DNA from: Candidatus Krumholzibacteriia bacterium
Lineage (GTDB): Bacteria; Krumholzibacteriota; Krumholzibacteriia; LZORAL124-64-63
Direction: 5' to 3'
Length of the DNA: 43,598 nt
Assembly: GCA_036351155.1 (NCBI GenBank)
Contig: JAZBOO010000110.1
Span: forward strand, 1 to 43,598
Part shown: in pieces, positions 9,960-20,682 of the stretch
How positions within the stretch are numbered: the first letter of the stretch is position 1
Layout of the letters: every line of letters begins with the position of its first letter
Position numbers and translations under genes: made by a program
Notes under the pieces: model-generated
What the model saw: the letters and a program-made list of their open reading frames with translations, nothing else
Told to the model about the DNA's origin: nothing
Databases searched by the model: none

Positions 9960-11264
9960 GTGAATATTGCCGGCGGTTACCAAAGCATGTTCAGGATTCC
10001 CGAGCTCAAGCGGAGGCTCCTGTTCACCGGAATGATTCTTCTGGTCTACCGCCTGGGCGGGCACGTGCCCGTGCCGGGCATTGACCGGGCGGCGTTGAAG
10101 GCCTTCTTCGACGCCCAGTCCGGTTCACTGGTGGGCCTTTACGATATGTTCTCCGGTGGCAACCTGAGTGGTGCCACCATTTTCGCGCTGGGTATCATGC
10201 CCTACATCAGCGCCTCGATCATCTTCCAGCTTCTCCAGGCGGTGGTTCCGTACTTCGAGAAGCTGGCCAAGGAAGGTGAAGAAGGTCGCAAGAAGATCAC
10301 CCAGCTGACCCGGTACGCCACGGTTGCTTTGGCTCTGATTCAATCCTTCAGTATCGCCAGCGGTCTGGAAACCACCCAGCTGGGTATCGTGCTGAATCCC
10401 GGTTTCGGGTTCCGGTTGCTGACTGCCATCACGCTGACGGCCGGTACGGTTTTTGTCATGTGGCTGGGTGAGCAGATCACCGAACGGGGTATCGGCAACG
10501 GTATCTCACTGATCATCTTCATCGGTATCGTGGCCCGTTATCCCTACGACATCCTGAACACCGGTCAGCAGCTGGTCAGCGGGGAAATGAACATCCTCAA
10601 GGCCTTGCTCATCGGATTGTTCATGCTGTTTGTTATTGCGGGGATCATTGCGATCACCCAGGGGCAACGCAAGATACCCGTGCAGTACGCCAAGAAGATC
10701 GTGGGCCGGAGGGTGTTCGGTGGCGCGGCCACTCATATCCCCCTGAAGGTCAACACCGCCGGTGTGATTCCCATCATCTTCGCCCAGGCGATCATCATGT
10801 TCCCGGCCACGCTGGGCCAGATGTTCCCCAACAGCGCCTTTCTGGGTACGCTCAGTTCGTACTTCCAGCCGCCCCACATCATCTACGTGGTGGTGTACTC
10901 GTCCATGATCATCCTGTTCGCCTACTTCTACACGGCGGTCATCTTGAACCCGGTGGATCTGGCGGACAACATGAAGAAGAACAGCGGCTTCATTCCCGGG
11001 GTGCGCCCTGGCAAGAAGACCGCCGAGTATATCGACCGGGTGCTGACGCGGGTGACTCTGCCCGGCGCGGTATTCCTGGCCGTGATCGCCATCTTGCCCG
11101 ATCTGATGATCAGCTTCCTGAATGTGCCCTTCTACTTCGGTGGAACCGGCCTGCTGATCGTGGTCGGTGTGGCTCTCGATACGTTGCAACAGATTGAATC
11201 GCATCTGGTGATGCGCCACTACGACGGCTTCATGAGCAAGGGCCGTTTACGTGCGCGGAGGTAA
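9960..11264 (+). CDS. secY: Preprotein translocase subunit SecY
   Basis: ALGIMPYISASII, GIGNGISLIIF, FIPGVRPG and GGTGLLIVVGV motifs; multiple TM segments. Confidence 0.99.
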   Translation: MNIAGGYQSMFRIPELKRRLLFTGMILLVYRLGGHVPVPGIDRAALKAFFDAQSGSLVGLYDMFSGGNLSGATIFALGIMPYISASIIFQLLQAVVPYFEKLAKEGEEGRKKITQLTRYATVALALIQSFSIASGLETTQLGIVLNPGFGFRLLTAITLTAGTVFVMWLGEQITERGIGNGISLIIFIGIVARYPYDILNTGQQLVSGEMNILKALLIGLFMLFVIAGIIAITQGQRKIPVQYAKKIVGRRVFGGAATHIPLKVNTAGVIPIIFAQAIIMFPATLGQMFPNSAFLGTLSSYFQPPHIIYVVVYSSMIILFAYFYTAVILNPVDLADNMKKNSGFIPGVRPGKKTAEYIDRVLTRVTLPGAVFLAVIAILPDLMISFLNVPFYFGGTGLLIVVGVALDTLQQIESHLVMRHYDGFMSKGRLRARR

Positions 11265-11265
11265 A

Positions 11266-11940
11266 ATGATGAACATTGTCATCATGGGGCCTCCGGGTGT
11301 GGGTAAGGGAACCCAGTCTCACTGGATCGTGGATCGACAGAAAGTGGTGCACATCTCCACCGGTGACATGCTACGCATGGCCATCCGCAGTGGAACCGAG
11401 ATGGGGCTGAAGGCCGAAAGCATCATGAAGGCCGGCGATCTGGTGGGTGATGACCTGGTCCTGGAAATCGTCAAGGAGCGCCTGTCGCAGGATGATGTGA
11501 AGGGCGGCTGGCTGCTGGATGGATTTCCCCGGACCTATGTTCAGGCGGACAATTTCGTCAAGTTGCTCGAGGAAATTGGTCAGAAAATAGATCGGGTGCT
11601 CGTGATCGATGCTCCCGCCGAGGAAATTGTCCGACGGCTGGCTGGCCGGATCACCTGCCGGGCCTGCAACCAGGTCATGAATCTGACCGGTTTTGGCTCC
11701 GTGAACCCTCTGTTCTGTCCCTTCTGTGGACTGGACAAGGATCCCAAGCGGGAAGGCAAGTCGGCCCTGTACCAGCGCGCAGACGATACAGAAGAGACTG
11801 TGCGGCATAGGCTTGAGGTTTTCCGCAAGAAAACCCTGCCTGCGGCCTGGCGGCTGGAAGAAGAGTACCCTCTGCATGAAATCGACGGCCTGGGTGAGCC
11901 CGAAGAGGTCGCGACGAGGATTCAGAGTGTCCTTCAGTAA
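11266..11940 (+). CDS. adk: Adenylate kinase with Cys4 zinc LID
   Basis: GPPGVGKGTQ P-loop, HISTGDMLR, LDGFPRT; LID CRAC...CPFC. Confidence 0.96.
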   Translation: MMNIVIMGPPGVGKGTQSHWIVDRQKVVHISTGDMLRMAIRSGTEMGLKAESIMKAGDLVGDDLVLEIVKERLSQDDVKGGWLLDGFPRTYVQADNFVKLLEEIGQKIDRVLVIDAPAEEIVRRLAGRITCRACNQVMNLTGFGSVNPLFCPFCGLDKDPKREGKSALYQRADDTEETVRHRLEVFRKKTLPAAWRLEEEYPLHEIDGLGEPEEVATRIQSVLQ

Positions 11941-12715
11941 GCAGAAGATTAAACTGAAGTCGGCCGATCAGGTTGACAAAATGCAGGCCAGCGCCGAGAT
12001 TTTGGCTTCTGCGTTTCTTCAGATCCGGAAACTGGTGGCGCCCGGGGTGACCACCGGAGAGCTGGACGAAGCGATCGAAGCCATCATCAGGGAAGCCGGC
12101 TGTGTCCCGTCTTTCAAGGGATACCACGGGTTTCCTGCGTCTGCCTGCATCTCGGTCAACGAAGAAGTAGTGCATGGAATTCCCGGCAAGCGCACTCTCC
12201 TGGAGGGCGACATTGTCGGTATAGATATCGGTCTGATCAAGGAGGGATGGCACGCCGATTCGGCCGAGTCCATCCCCGTGGGCAAGGTCAGTGACGAAAC
12301 GCTGCACCTGCTCAAGACGACCGAGGAATGCCTGTGGCTGGGTATCGAGGCCATCGAGCCCGGCAAGCGCATTTCCGCCATTGGCACGGCTGTGGAAAAA
12401 CACGCCCGCGCCGAGGGCTTTTCGGTGGTCGAATCGCTGGTGGGGCACGGGATCGGCCAGGATCTTCATGAAGATCCGCAGGTGCCGAATTTTCGGTGCT
12501 TCAACATGCCCGATCCGATCATGGAAGAGGGGCTGGTTCTGGCCATCGAGCCCATGATCAACCAGGGCACCAAACGGGTCATGACCGCCCGCGACGAGTG
12601 GACGATCCTGACCGCCGATCGCAAGCTGTCGGCGCATTTCGAGCACACGGTGGCAGTGACCGCCGACGGGCCCCGGGTTTTGACCCGCCGGGGGTCTTGC
12701 CTCGAGGGTCTCTGA
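11927..12715 (+). CDS. map: Type I methionine aminopeptidase
   Basis: CISVNEEVVHGIP, GHGIG..LHEDP, AIEPM and SAHFEHTVAVT motifs; GTG 11927 after GAGGA, overlapping the end of adk. Confidence 0.96.
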   Translation: MSFSKQKIKLKSADQVDKMQASAEILASAFLQIRKLVAPGVTTGELDEAIEAIIREAGCVPSFKGYHGFPASACISVNEEVVHGIPGKRTLLEGDIVGIDIGLIKEGWHADSAESIPVGKVSDETLHLLKTTEECLWLGIEAIEPGKRISAIGTAVEKHARAEGFSVVESLVGHGIGQDLHEDPQVPNFRCFNMPDPIMEEGLVLAIEPMINQGTKRVMTARDEWTILTADRKLSAHFEHTVAVTADGPRVLTRRGSCLEGL

Positions 12716-12760
12716 GATTGGACCGTCGGCCCCAGGCCGAGGATCCGGAAGGCAGGACAG

Positions 12761-12979
12761 ATGGCGAAGGAAGAAGGAATCAGCGTAGAGGGAACGGTCG
12801 TCGAGGCTCTTCCCAACGCCATGTTCCGGGTGGAGTTGGAAAACAAGCACGTCGTGCTGGCACACGTTTCGGGCAAGATGCGGATGCACTTCATTCGCAT
12901 TCTGCCGGGTGACAAGGTGACGGTGGAACTGTCCCCCTACGATTTGACTCGGGGACGGATCACCTACCGTTACAAGTAG
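12761..12979 (+). CDS. infA: Translation initiation factor IF-1
   Basis: [10 protein letters not shown] and [24 protein letters not shown] motifs. Confidence 0.99.
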   Translation: MAKEEGISVEGTVVEALPNAMFRVELENKHVVLAHVSGKMRMHFIRILPGDKVTVELSPYDLTRGRITYRYK

Positions 12980-13005
12980 GGGCAGCTCTGCTGCCAGGAG
13001 GCATC

Positions 13006-13119
13006 ATGAAAGTTCGCAGCTCGGTCAAGAAAATTTGCCCGAAGTGCAAGGTGATCCGGCGCAACGGCGTCGTGCGTGTGATCTGTATCACGCGCCGGCA
13101 CAACCAGCGCCAGGGTTAG
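13006..13119 (+). CDS. rpmJ: 50S ribosomal protein L36 (zinc ribbon type; below ORF-track size cut-off)
   Basis: Manual translation [46 protein letters not shown]. Confidence 0.97.
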   Translation: MKVRSSVKKICPKCKVIRRNGVVRVICITRRHNQRQG

Positions 13120-13215
13120 GTCGCAAGACCTGAAGCAAGGATGGATTCTGCCGGGTGCGGCGGCGCTTCTCGATAGCAGCACTCACAGGATCAAAACAGG
13201 ACGAGAGGAGCCATA

Positions 13216-13581
13216 GTGGCACGTATCGCCGGTGTGGATATTCCCAACAACAAGAGGATTCGCACCTCGCTGACGTACATCTTCGGGATCGGTGACCACC
13301 GAGCTCAGGAGATCTGCACGAAGGCGAAGATCGATCCCGAGATCAAGACCCGTGATCTGACGGAAGAGCAGACCAGGTCCATCATCGGAATCCTCGACAA
13401 GGAATATCAGGTTGAAGGTACCCTGCGTACCGAGACCTCAATGAACCTGCAGCGGCTGATGGATATCGGCTGCTACCGTGGCCTCAGGCACAGGCGCAAG
13501 TTGCCTTGCCGGGGTCAGAACACGAAGAATAACGCCCGCACCCGCAAGGGTCCGAAAAATCGGCCCGGGGGCAAGAAGTAG
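13216..13581 (+). CDS. rpsM: 30S ribosomal protein S13
   Basis: [17 protein letters not shown] and [14 protein letters not shown] motifs. Confidence 0.99.
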   Translation: MARIAGVDIPNNKRIRTSLTYIFGIGDHRAQEICTKAKIDPEIKTRDLTEEQTRSIIGILDKEYQVEGTLRTETSMNLQRLMDIGCYRGLRHRRKLPCRGQNTKNNARTRKGPKNRPGGKK

Positions 13582-13608
13582 GAAGATCCGTCTTCCAGGA
13601 GGTTGAAC

Positions 13609-14010
13609 GTGGCGACTGCCAAGGACAATCGAGGTAAGGCTCGCAAGTCCAAGAAGAAACTGGACAGCGTGGGCGTAGCCCATGTGAAGTCCAGCTTCAA
13701 CAACACCATCATCACCATGACCGACCTGCAGGGCAACGTCATCACCTGGTCGTCCGGCGGACACCAGGGACGTTACAAGGGCAGCCGCAAGAGCACTGCC
13801 TTTGCCGCCCAGCTGGCCGCGCGTTTCTGTGCCCAGGAAGTCCTGGGTGGCGGCATGCGCAAGGTCGAGGTGTGGGTGAAGGGTCCCGGCTCCGGTCGCG
13901 AAGCGGCCGTGCGCAGCCTCAAGGCCGAAGGCCTCGAGGTGACCCGGATCAAGGACTGCACCGCAATTCCTCACAACGGCTGCCGGCCTACCAAGCGGCG
14001 CCGGATGTAA
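13609..14010 (+). CDS. rpsK: 30S ribosomal protein S11
   Basis: [28 protein letters not shown] and IPHNGCRP motifs; GTG after AGGAGG. Confidence 0.98.
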   Translation: MATAKDNRGKARKSKKKLDSVGVAHVKSSFNNTIITMTDLQGNVITWSSGGHQGRYKGSRKSTAFAAQLAARFCAQEVLGGGMRKVEVWVKGPGSGREAAVRSLKAEGLEVTRIKDCTAIPHNGCRPTKRRRM

Positions 14011-14065
14011 TTTCTTACTCGAGCGACCGGAATGAGAACCGGAGTCGCTCAGGAGGTTCGAATTC

Positions 14066-14695
14066 ATGGCCAGGTACACTGAGGCGAAGTGCAAGCTTTG
14101 CCGCCGTGAGGGGATGAAGCTCTTTCTCAAAGGCGAACGTTGCTACAGTAGCAGCTGTGCCATCGAACGTCGGCCCTACGGGCCCGGCGAGCATGGCCGC
14201 CGACGTGGGCGTAAACCCTCGGACTACAAGCTTCAGCTTCGTGAGAAGCAGAAGGTCCGCTCAATTTATGGCGTTCTGGAAAAGCAGTTCCGTCTCTATT
14301 TCGCCGAGGCGAACCGACGGAAAGGCGCAACCGGTGAGAACCTCTTCAACCTCTTGGAGAAGCGTCTCGACAATCTGATCTTCCGCCTGGGTTTCGCGCC
14401 CAGCCGGTCGGCCGCGCGTCAGTTGATCCGGCACAAGCATGTGCTGGTCGAAGGGATCGTCTGTGACGTTCCCAGCCGTCAGGTGCGCGTGGGCCAGTCC
14501 GTTTCCATCCGGACCAAAAGCCACAACATCCCCCAGGTCGTCCAGTCCATCAAGGACAACGCCAAGCGGGACCGTTTGCCCTTCATCGAAGCTGACGACA
14601 AGAAGCTGACCGGCAAGCTGCTGAGCGAGCCTCAGCTGACCGATCTGCCCATCCCGATCCAGGAAAACCTGATCGTGGAGCTCTACTCGAAGTAA
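14066..14695 (+). CDS. rpsD: 30S ribosomal protein S4
   Basis: MARYT...CKLCRREG.KLFLKGERC, QLREKQK and IVELYSK motifs. Confidence 0.99.
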   Translation: MARYTEAKCKLCRREGMKLFLKGERCYSSSCAIERRPYGPGEHGRRRGRKPSDYKLQLREKQKVRSIYGVLEKQFRLYFAEANRRKGATGENLFNLLEKRLDNLIFRLGFAPSRSAARQLIRHKHVLVEGIVCDVPSRQVRVGQSVSIRTKSHNIPQVVQSIKDNAKRDRLPFIEADDKKLTGKLLSEPQLTDLPIPIQENLIVELYSK

Positions 14696-14728
14696 GGGTA
14701 CCTGAAAGAAACGGATGGAGGAGATTAA

Positions 14729-15727
14729 ATGAAGTGGATAAACATGATGATGCCCGACGGGGTGAAGGTGAACCGCGACTCCGCGTCGGGGGCCTTCTGT
14801 GAGCTGGAAATCGCGCCTCTGGAGCGCGGTTTCGGCCACACGCTGGGCAATGCCCTGCGGCGCACCCTGTTGAGCAGTATCCACGGCCACGGCATCACTG
14901 CGGTGCAGATCGAAGGCGTCAAGCACGAGCTCAGTACCGTGCCGGGCGTGCTGGAGGATGTCACCGACATCGTCCTGAACCTCAAGCAGGTGGTATTCAA
15001 GCTGTCCGACGCGCCGTCCGGATGGTGTACCATCGAAGCCAGCGGTCCGGGTCCTGTGACCGCCGGCATGATCGAGGGTCTGATCGATCTTGAAGTGGCC
15101 AACCCCGACCACCTGGTGTGCACCCTGACCGAGGAAGAGAAGTTCTCGGCCCGGGTCTACGTGGATACCGGTCGCGGTTACGTGGATCGCGAGAATCACA
15201 ATATTCCGGACGAGATGATCGGGGTGATCCGTATGGACACCAACTATTCTCCCGTGCGGAAGGTGAGCTTCCGGGTCGAGGATACCCGGGTCGGTCAGCG
15301 TACCGATTACGACAAGCTCGTGCTAGGCATCACGACCAATGGCGCGGTCAAGCCCGAGGACGCCGTGGGCTTCTCGGCCAAGATCCTGAAAGACCAGCTC
15401 CAGATGTTCATCAACTTCGACGAGGCGCCCATCGACGCCCAGGAAGTGGAAGTGAACCAGGAGCAGGAGCGGATCGTGGAGCTGCTGTCGCGCAACGTCG
15501 AGGAACTGGAACTGTCCGTTCGTTCGGCCAATTGCCTGAAGTCCGGCCACATCAAGACCCTGTTCGACCTGGTGACCAAGAACGAGCAGGAAATGTTGAA
15601 GTTCCGCAACTTCGGCCGCAAGAGTCTGAACGAAATCGCCGAGATCCTGGAGGGCATGGAGCTGGGCTTCGGTATGTCCTTCGATCCCGAGATCGCCGAT
15701 AAGGTGCGAGAAATCACCGGTTCCTGA
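14729..15727 (+). CDS. rpoA: DNA-directed RNA polymerase subunit alpha
   Basis: PLERGFGHTLGNALRR.LLSS, RVGQRTDYDKL, LELSVRSANCL and NFGRKSL motifs. Confidence 0.99.
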   Translation: MKWINMMMPDGVKVNRDSASGAFCELEIAPLERGFGHTLGNALRRTLLSSIHGHGITAVQIEGVKHELSTVPGVLEDVTDIVLNLKQVVFKLSDAPSGWCTIEASGPGPVTAGMIEGLIDLEVANPDHLVCTLTEEEKFSARVYVDTGRGYVDRENHNIPDEMIGVIRMDTNYSPVRKVSFRVEDTRVGQRTDYDKLVLGITTNGAVKPEDAVGFSAKILKDQLQMFINFDEAPIDAQEVEVNQEQERIVELLSRNVEELELSVRSANCLKSGHIKTLFDLVTKNEQEMLKFRNFGRKSLNEIAEILEGMELGFGMSFDPEIADKVREITGS

Positions 15728-15775
15728 CCGGCTGCGAAGTGTTCTGCGGAGCACTGGATAAGGATGGATTAAGTC

Positions 15776-16315
15776 ATGCGACACAATGTCAGCGGCCGGA
15801 AACTGAATCGGACTTCGGCCCACCGGAAAATGCTGTACCGTAACCTGGTGACCTCGCTCTTCAAGCATGAGCGCATCACCACCACGGTGCCCAAGGCCAA
15901 GGAAGCTCGGATTCTGGCCGAGAAGATGATCACCTTCGCCAAGAAGGGCGATCTGCACTCGCGCCGGATGGCTGCCCGTAAGCTCAACGAGCCCGCGGTG
16001 CTGCAGAAGCTGTTCGAGGAGATCGCGCCGCGCTACAACGAGCGTCCCGGCGGCTACACACGGATCATGCGTCTGGGTGCCCGCAAGGGCGACAATGCTG
16101 AACTGGCCATTCTCGAGCTGGTGGACAACACCGCCAAGCCCAAGGTTCTGGACAGCAAGAAGCGTTCACGCCAGCGTCGGATTCTGCAGGCCGAGGAGAA
16201 AGCCGAAGCGGCTGCCGCCTTGACCGGAGCGGCTGCCGATGTGGCCGAGGATGTGCAGGAAGCGGCTGTGGAAGCTCCTGCCGAAGAAACGGACGAGACC
16301 AAGAAGGAAGACTAG
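15776..16315 (+). CDS. rplQ: 50S ribosomal protein L17 with acidic C-terminal tail
   Basis: MRH....[19 protein letters not shown] and RPGGYTRI motifs. Confidence 0.99.
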   Translation: MRHNVSGRKLNRTSAHRKMLYRNLVTSLFKHERITTTVPKAKEARILAEKMITFAKKGDLHSRRMAARKLNEPAVLQKLFEEIAPRYNERPGGYTRIMRLGARKGDNAELAILELVDNTAKPKVLDSKKRSRQRRILQAEEKAEAAAALTGAAADVAEDVQEAAVEAPAEETDETKKED

Positions 16316-16342
16316 CTCTCCTCTTTCGTCTGTGCCCGAAAT

Positions 16343-16377
16343 GAAACGCCCCCCAGGCCGATTTGGGGGGCGTTTTC
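16343..16377 (+). terminator. Intrinsic terminator of the ribosomal superoperon
   Basis: AAACGCCCCCCAG-loop-TTGGGGGGCGTTTT inverted repeat right after rplQ. Confidence 0.8.
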
Positions 16378-16491
16378 GGTTGCCCCCTCGCCTGTCTTGG
16401 CCTACTTTCAGCAAAACCCGATCTTCTTCTGGATCCGGGCCCTGGCCCGGCCTTCATCATACCTACACTTTCCCTGACGGAGGATGGCCCC

Positions 16492-17499
16492 ATGGCCGCA
16501 AGGACGCTGTACACAGCCGGCATCACGGGCGTTGGCATGAGCTTCCCGGAGAAGCGATTGACCAATGCGGACCTCGAGAAAATGGTCGAGACCAACAGTG
16601 ATTGGATCGTCGAGCGCACGGGCATCAAGGAGCGGCGCATTGCCGAGAAGGGCGTGGGCGCCTCGTTCCACGGTGCCAAGGCCGCCCAGCAGGCCATGGA
16701 GCACGCCGGGTGCACCCCCGATGAAGTGGACCTGATCATCGTGCCCACGGTGACCCCGGACATGATCTTTCCCGCCACCGCCTGCATCATCCAGGATCTG
16801 ATCGGCGCCAAGAATGCCTGGGGTTTCGATCTGGAAGGGGCCTGCAGCGGTTTCGTGTTCGCTCTGCAGAACGCCCGCGCGCAGATTGAAGCGGGCCACG
16901 CGCGCAAGGTGCTGGTCATCGGCAGTGAAATCATGTCGGCCATCGTGGACTTCACCGACCGCAACACCTGCATCCTGTTCGGCGATGGCGCCGGCGCCGT
17001 GGTCGTCGAGCGCATCGACGAGGCGCGGATCGGGATCATCGACGCCATCAACCGGATCGACGGAGTGGGCGTGAAGCACCTGCACCAGAAGGCCGGGGGC
17101 AGCGTCAGGCCGCCCACCGCCGAGACGGTGGCCGAGAAGATGCACTATGTGTACCAGGAAGGCCGTGACGTCTACAAGTACGCCGTCAAGGGCATGGCCG
17201 GGGTGACTGCCGAGATCGTCGAGAAGAACGGTTTCACCGGTCAGGATGTGGATCTTTTCGTGCCCCATCAGGCCAACATTCGCATCATCGAGGCCGCCCA
17301 GCGTCGGGTGGGGCTGGTCGACAAGCAGGTGGCCATCACCATCGACCGCTTCGGCAACACCACCGCCGCCAGCATTCCCTCGGCCTTGCGTGTGTGCTAC
17401 GAAGAGGGTCGCCTGAAGGAAGGCAGCCTGGTGGTGCTTTGCGCCTTCGGGGCCGGCTTCACCTGGGGGGCCACCCTTCTGCGGTGGACCGCGCCTTGA
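16492..17499 (+). CDS. fabH: 3-oxoacyl-ACP synthase III (KAS III)
   Basis: WIVERTGIKERR, ACSGF (catalytic Cys), LFGDGAGA, PHQAN.RI, GNT.AASIP and FGAGFTWG motifs; GGAGG RBS. Confidence 0.95.
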   Translation: MAARTLYTAGITGVGMSFPEKRLTNADLEKMVETNSDWIVERTGIKERRIAEKGVGASFHGAKAAQQAMEHAGCTPDEVDLIIVPTVTPDMIFPATACIIQDLIGAKNAWGFDLEGACSGFVFALQNARAQIEAGHARKVLVIGSEIMSAIVDFTDRNTCILFGDGAGAVVVERIDEARIGIIDAINRIDGVGVKHLHQKAGGSVRPPTAETVAEKMHYVYQEGRDVYKYAVKGMAGVTAEIVEKNGFTGQDVDLFVPHQANIRIIEAAQRRVGLVDKQVAITIDRFGNTTAASIPSALRVCYEEGRLKEGSLVVLCAFGAGFTWGATLLRWTAP

Positions 17500-17524
17500 C
17501 CCGAACCCAACGAAGCGGGCTGTC

Positions 17525-18514
17525 ATGATCAAGGTTGAAGGCCTTTCGCGGCGCTACGGCAAGCATCTGGCTGTGGCCGATCTCGATTTCGAGGTCGGCC
17601 GCGGCGAGGTGGTGGGCTTTCTGGGGCCCAACGGGGCGGGCAAATCCACCACCATGAAGATTCTCACCGGCACGCTGGCACCCTCTGCGGGAAAGGTCCA
17701 GGTGGCCGGGCATGACCTTCTGGACGAGCCCCTGGCCGTGCGCCGGAAGGTGGGTTTCATGCCCGAGCACACTCCGCTCTATCCCGACATGAGTGTGCGC
17801 GGTTTTCTGGAATTCGTGGCCGACCTCAAAGAGGTCCCCGGCGCGGAGGTGGCCGGCCACCTGAGCGCCCTCATCGCCACCACCGGCCTGAAGGATGTGG
17901 AAGACCGCCTGGTGGGCCACCTGAGCCACGGCTATCGCAAACGCGTGGGGCTGGCGCAGGCCCTGGTGGGCGATCCCGAGGTGCTGATCCTCGACGAACC
18001 GACCAGCGGGCTCGATCCGCATCAGATCGTGGAAATCCGCCAGCTCATCAAGGGCTTCCAGGGGCAGCGCACGGTTCTGCTGAGCAGTCACATTCTCAGC
18101 GAGGTGTCGGCCACCTGTGAGCGTGTCCTGATCCTGGACCGCGGTCGCCTGGTGGGACAGGAAAGCGCGGCCGGGCTGGAGGATCTGGGCGGGTGGACCT
18201 CACCCCGGGTGGTCCTGTCCTGGGATGGAGACCGCCAGGGTGTGGCCGAGGCCCTGGGCCTGGTGGCCGGGGTCGACGATGTGATCGTGACCGAGGATGG
18301 GGCGGAAGTTCTGATTGCCGGCAATCCCATTGACGTCCGTCCCCAGCTGGTGGAAACGGTGCTGGCCGCCGGCGGCCGCCTACAGAATATCAAGGATCTC
18401 GAGGCCAAGGGGCCGTCCCTGGAAGATCTGTTCCTCATGCTGACCGGCTCCGGCCCGGCCAAGGACACCCCGGATCATCCCCCCACAGACACCGAACCGG
18501 AGGACCAGCCTTGA
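17525..18514 (+). CDS. ABC transporter ATP-binding protein (GldA-like)
   Basis: Walker A GPNGAGKST, signature LSHGYRKRVGLAQAL, Walker B ILDEPTSGLDP, LSSHILSEV. Confidence 0.93.
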   Translation: MIKVEGLSRRYGKHLAVADLDFEVGRGEVVGFLGPNGAGKSTTMKILTGTLAPSAGKVQVAGHDLLDEPLAVRRKVGFMPEHTPLYPDMSVRGFLEFVADLKEVPGAEVAGHLSALIATTGLKDVEDRLVGHLSHGYRKRVGLAQALVGDPEVLILDEPTSGLDPHQIVEIRQLIKGFQGQRTVLLSSHILSEVSATCERVLILDRGRLVGQESAAGLEDLGGWTSPRVVLSWDGDRQGVAEALGLVAGVDDVIVTEDGAEVLIAGNPIDVRPQLVETVLAAGGRLQNIKDLEAKGPSLEDLFLMLTGSGPAKDTPDHPPTDTEPEDQP

Positions 18515-20682
18515 GACAGTTGCTGGCCATCACCCGGCGCGAAACCGGCGGTTTTTTCCACAGCATCATGGCCACCGTGGTGATCACCAGCTTCCTGGTG
18601 GTGGTGGGTTTGCTGTTCGCCAAGATCATGGTGGGCTACAGCGACCTTTCGGAAACCGCCCTCCAGAGCGCGCGCAGCGGCAACTATCTGAACCTGGCCG
18701 AAGGGGTGTTTCGCCCTCTGCTGTCCACCATGACCATGTTTCTGGTGCTGCTGCTGCCGGCCATCACCATGCGCCTGTTCAGCTCCGAGTACAGCAGCGG
18801 CCGGTACGATCTGATCGCCAGCTGGCCGGTGCCCGATGTGACCTGGGTGCTGGGCAAGTGGCTGTCGGCGGTGACGGTGGCGGTGCTGTTGCTGGCGGTC
18901 AATCTGGTGTATTTCGGGGTGGTCTGGTTCTTCGGCGATCCGGAGCCCGGGCCCTTGCTGGCCGGATACCTGGGCCTGTTCCTGCTGTCCTGTGCTCTGG
19001 CTGCCCTGGGCACCTTCACCAGCGTGCTGTTCCGCCATCAGATCGTGGCTTATCTGGGCGCCCTCGTGCTGAGCTTCCTGCTGTTTCTGGTGGGGCTGCT
19101 GGAACGTTTTCTGCCCGGGATCCTGGGCGAGGCGGCAACTCAGCTCAGCTTGCTGGCGCACTTCGAAAAATTCTCACGCGGGCAGATCGACACCCGCGAC
19201 CTCCTCTACTTCGTGCTCCTGACCGCGGTGGCCCTGCTCCTGGCGGCGGGGGTTCTGGCCAGCCGCCGCCTGCCCGCGCGCCGACAGTGGCCACAGGGCC
19301 TGGTCCCGTTGCTGACGGTGGCTGTCGCGGTGGTGATCTACATCATCGGTCTGTCCTTCCCGGCCACCTTCGATCTGACCGGAAACCGGCGCTACAGTCT
19401 GGCTCCCCAGACCTTGAATATTCTGGAGTCCTTGCCCGACCAGCTGGCCGCCGACCAGGACGTCGAGGTGATCGCTTTTTACCAGCGGCATGATCCGGCC
19501 TATGACATGACCGAGGTGCTGCTCAAGTCCTGCGAACAGGAATCCCCGCGTTTCCGTTACCGCATGGTGGATCCCGAGGAGAGCCTGGAACTGGTGCGCC
19601 AGTACGGCATCACCCTGGCGCGCACCATGGCGGTCACCGTGGGCGAGGATTTCACCCTGGTGTTGCAGCCCACCGAGAGCGGGCTGATCAACGCCGTGTA
19701 CCGGCTGGTCAGCGGGACCCGCCCCATCGTGGGGTACCTGCTGGGACATGGCGAGCATCTGCTGGACAGCGACGAGATGCCCGGCTATTCGTCCCTGGCC
19801 CTCGAACTGGCCGATCAGGGCTACGACCTGCGCCCCTTCTTCCTGGCCGAGGCCGGCCGGGTGCCCACCGATTGCGATGTGCTGGTGATTGCCGGGCCCA
19901 AGACCGCCCCGGACCCGGCCGAAGTCGAGGCCCTGAACAACTACCTGGCCCAGGGTGGAGCCGTGCTGGCCATGTTCGATCCGCCCACGGTGACCGGCTG
20001 GAAAGAGTGGCTGGTCCAGTTCAACATCTGGCTGTCCGGCGGCGTGCTGATCTCGGCCGATGGAGCCGGAGCGCAGTTCGGCACCGGGCCCCGGGCCGTG
20101 GTGATCACCGAGGGATATGGCAATCACGAGATCGCCGGCCCCCTGCGCGGTGTGGCCACTCTGTTTCCCATGAGCCAGGCCCTGGGTGTGGCGCCCGATC
20201 AGGAAGGGCGCATCAAGGGAGACCTTCTCCTGGTGACGAGCGAGCTGTCCTGGGTGGAAAGTGATCCCGCCACCATGTACACGGGCAAGCCGGTGTTCAA
20301 CCGCGGGGAAGATGTGGCCGGCCCCCATGCTCTGGCCGTGGTGATGGAAGTGCACCCCGAACCGAAGGCGGACGGGGGCCATGCCGCCGCGCGACCGGGC
20401 CGCGCCGTCATTGTCGGCAACAGCGAGTATCTGAACAACAGCAACTTCAATCTGGGCGGCAATCGCGACCTGGTGCTGAACATGCTGGGCTGGCTGGCCC
20501 GCGAGGAAACCCTGATCGAATTGCGGGGACGCGATCCCTTGAGCCAGCCGGTGATCATGACCGATGTGCAGAAGAAATCGATCCTCTGGAGCGCCCCGTT
20601 GATCTGGCCTCTGTTCATCGCCAGTCTGGCCCTGGGAATCATGCTCCGGCACCAGTTCCGCAGTCGAAAGGCGCGCTCATGA
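18511..20682 (+). CDS. ABC-2 permease fused to GldG-like auxiliary domain (GldF-GldG-like)
   Basis: N-terminal multi-TM permease (PAITMRLFSSE, LGKWL), then DLTGNRRYSL, GHGE, LVIAGP, NRDLVLNMLGWL and a C-terminal TM. Confidence 0.85.
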   Translation: MRQLLAITRRETGGFFHSIMATVVITSFLVVVGLLFAKIMVGYSDLSETALQSARSGNYLNLAEGVFRPLLSTMTMFLVLLLPAITMRLFSSEYSSGRYDLIASWPVPDVTWVLGKWLSAVTVAVLLLAVNLVYFGVVWFFGDPEPGPLLAGYLGLFLLSCALAALGTFTSVLFRHQIVAYLGALVLSFLLFLVGLLERFLPGILGEAATQLSLLAHFEKFSRGQIDTRDLLYFVLLTAVALLLAAGVLASRRLPARRQWPQGLVPLLTVAVAVVIYIIGLSFPATFDLTGNRRYSLAPQTLNILESLPDQLAADQDVEVIAFYQRHDPAYDMTEVLLKSCEQESPRFRYRMVDPEESLELVRQYGITLARTMAVTVGEDFTLVLQPTESGLINAVYRLVSGTRPIVGYLLGHGEHLLDSDEMPGYSSLALELADQGYDLRPFFLAEAGRVPTDCDVLVIAGPKTAPDPAEVEALNNYLAQGGAVLAMFDPPTVTGWKEWLVQFNIWLSGGVLISADGAGAQFGTGPRAVVITEGYGNHEIAGPLRGVATLFPMSQALGVAPDQEGRIKGDLLLVTSELSWVESDPATMYTGKPVFNRGEDVAGPHALAVVMEVHPEPKADGGHAAARPGRAVIVGNSEYLNNSNFNLGGNRDLVLNMLGWLAREETLIELRGRDPLSQPVIMTDVQKKSILWSAPLIWPLFIASLALGIMLRHQFRSRKARS

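Noticed and set aside
11726..11926. Long N-terminal extension of map in the ORF track
   Set aside because: Overlaps adk; GTG at 11927 with a GAGGA RBS gives a normal-length MAP
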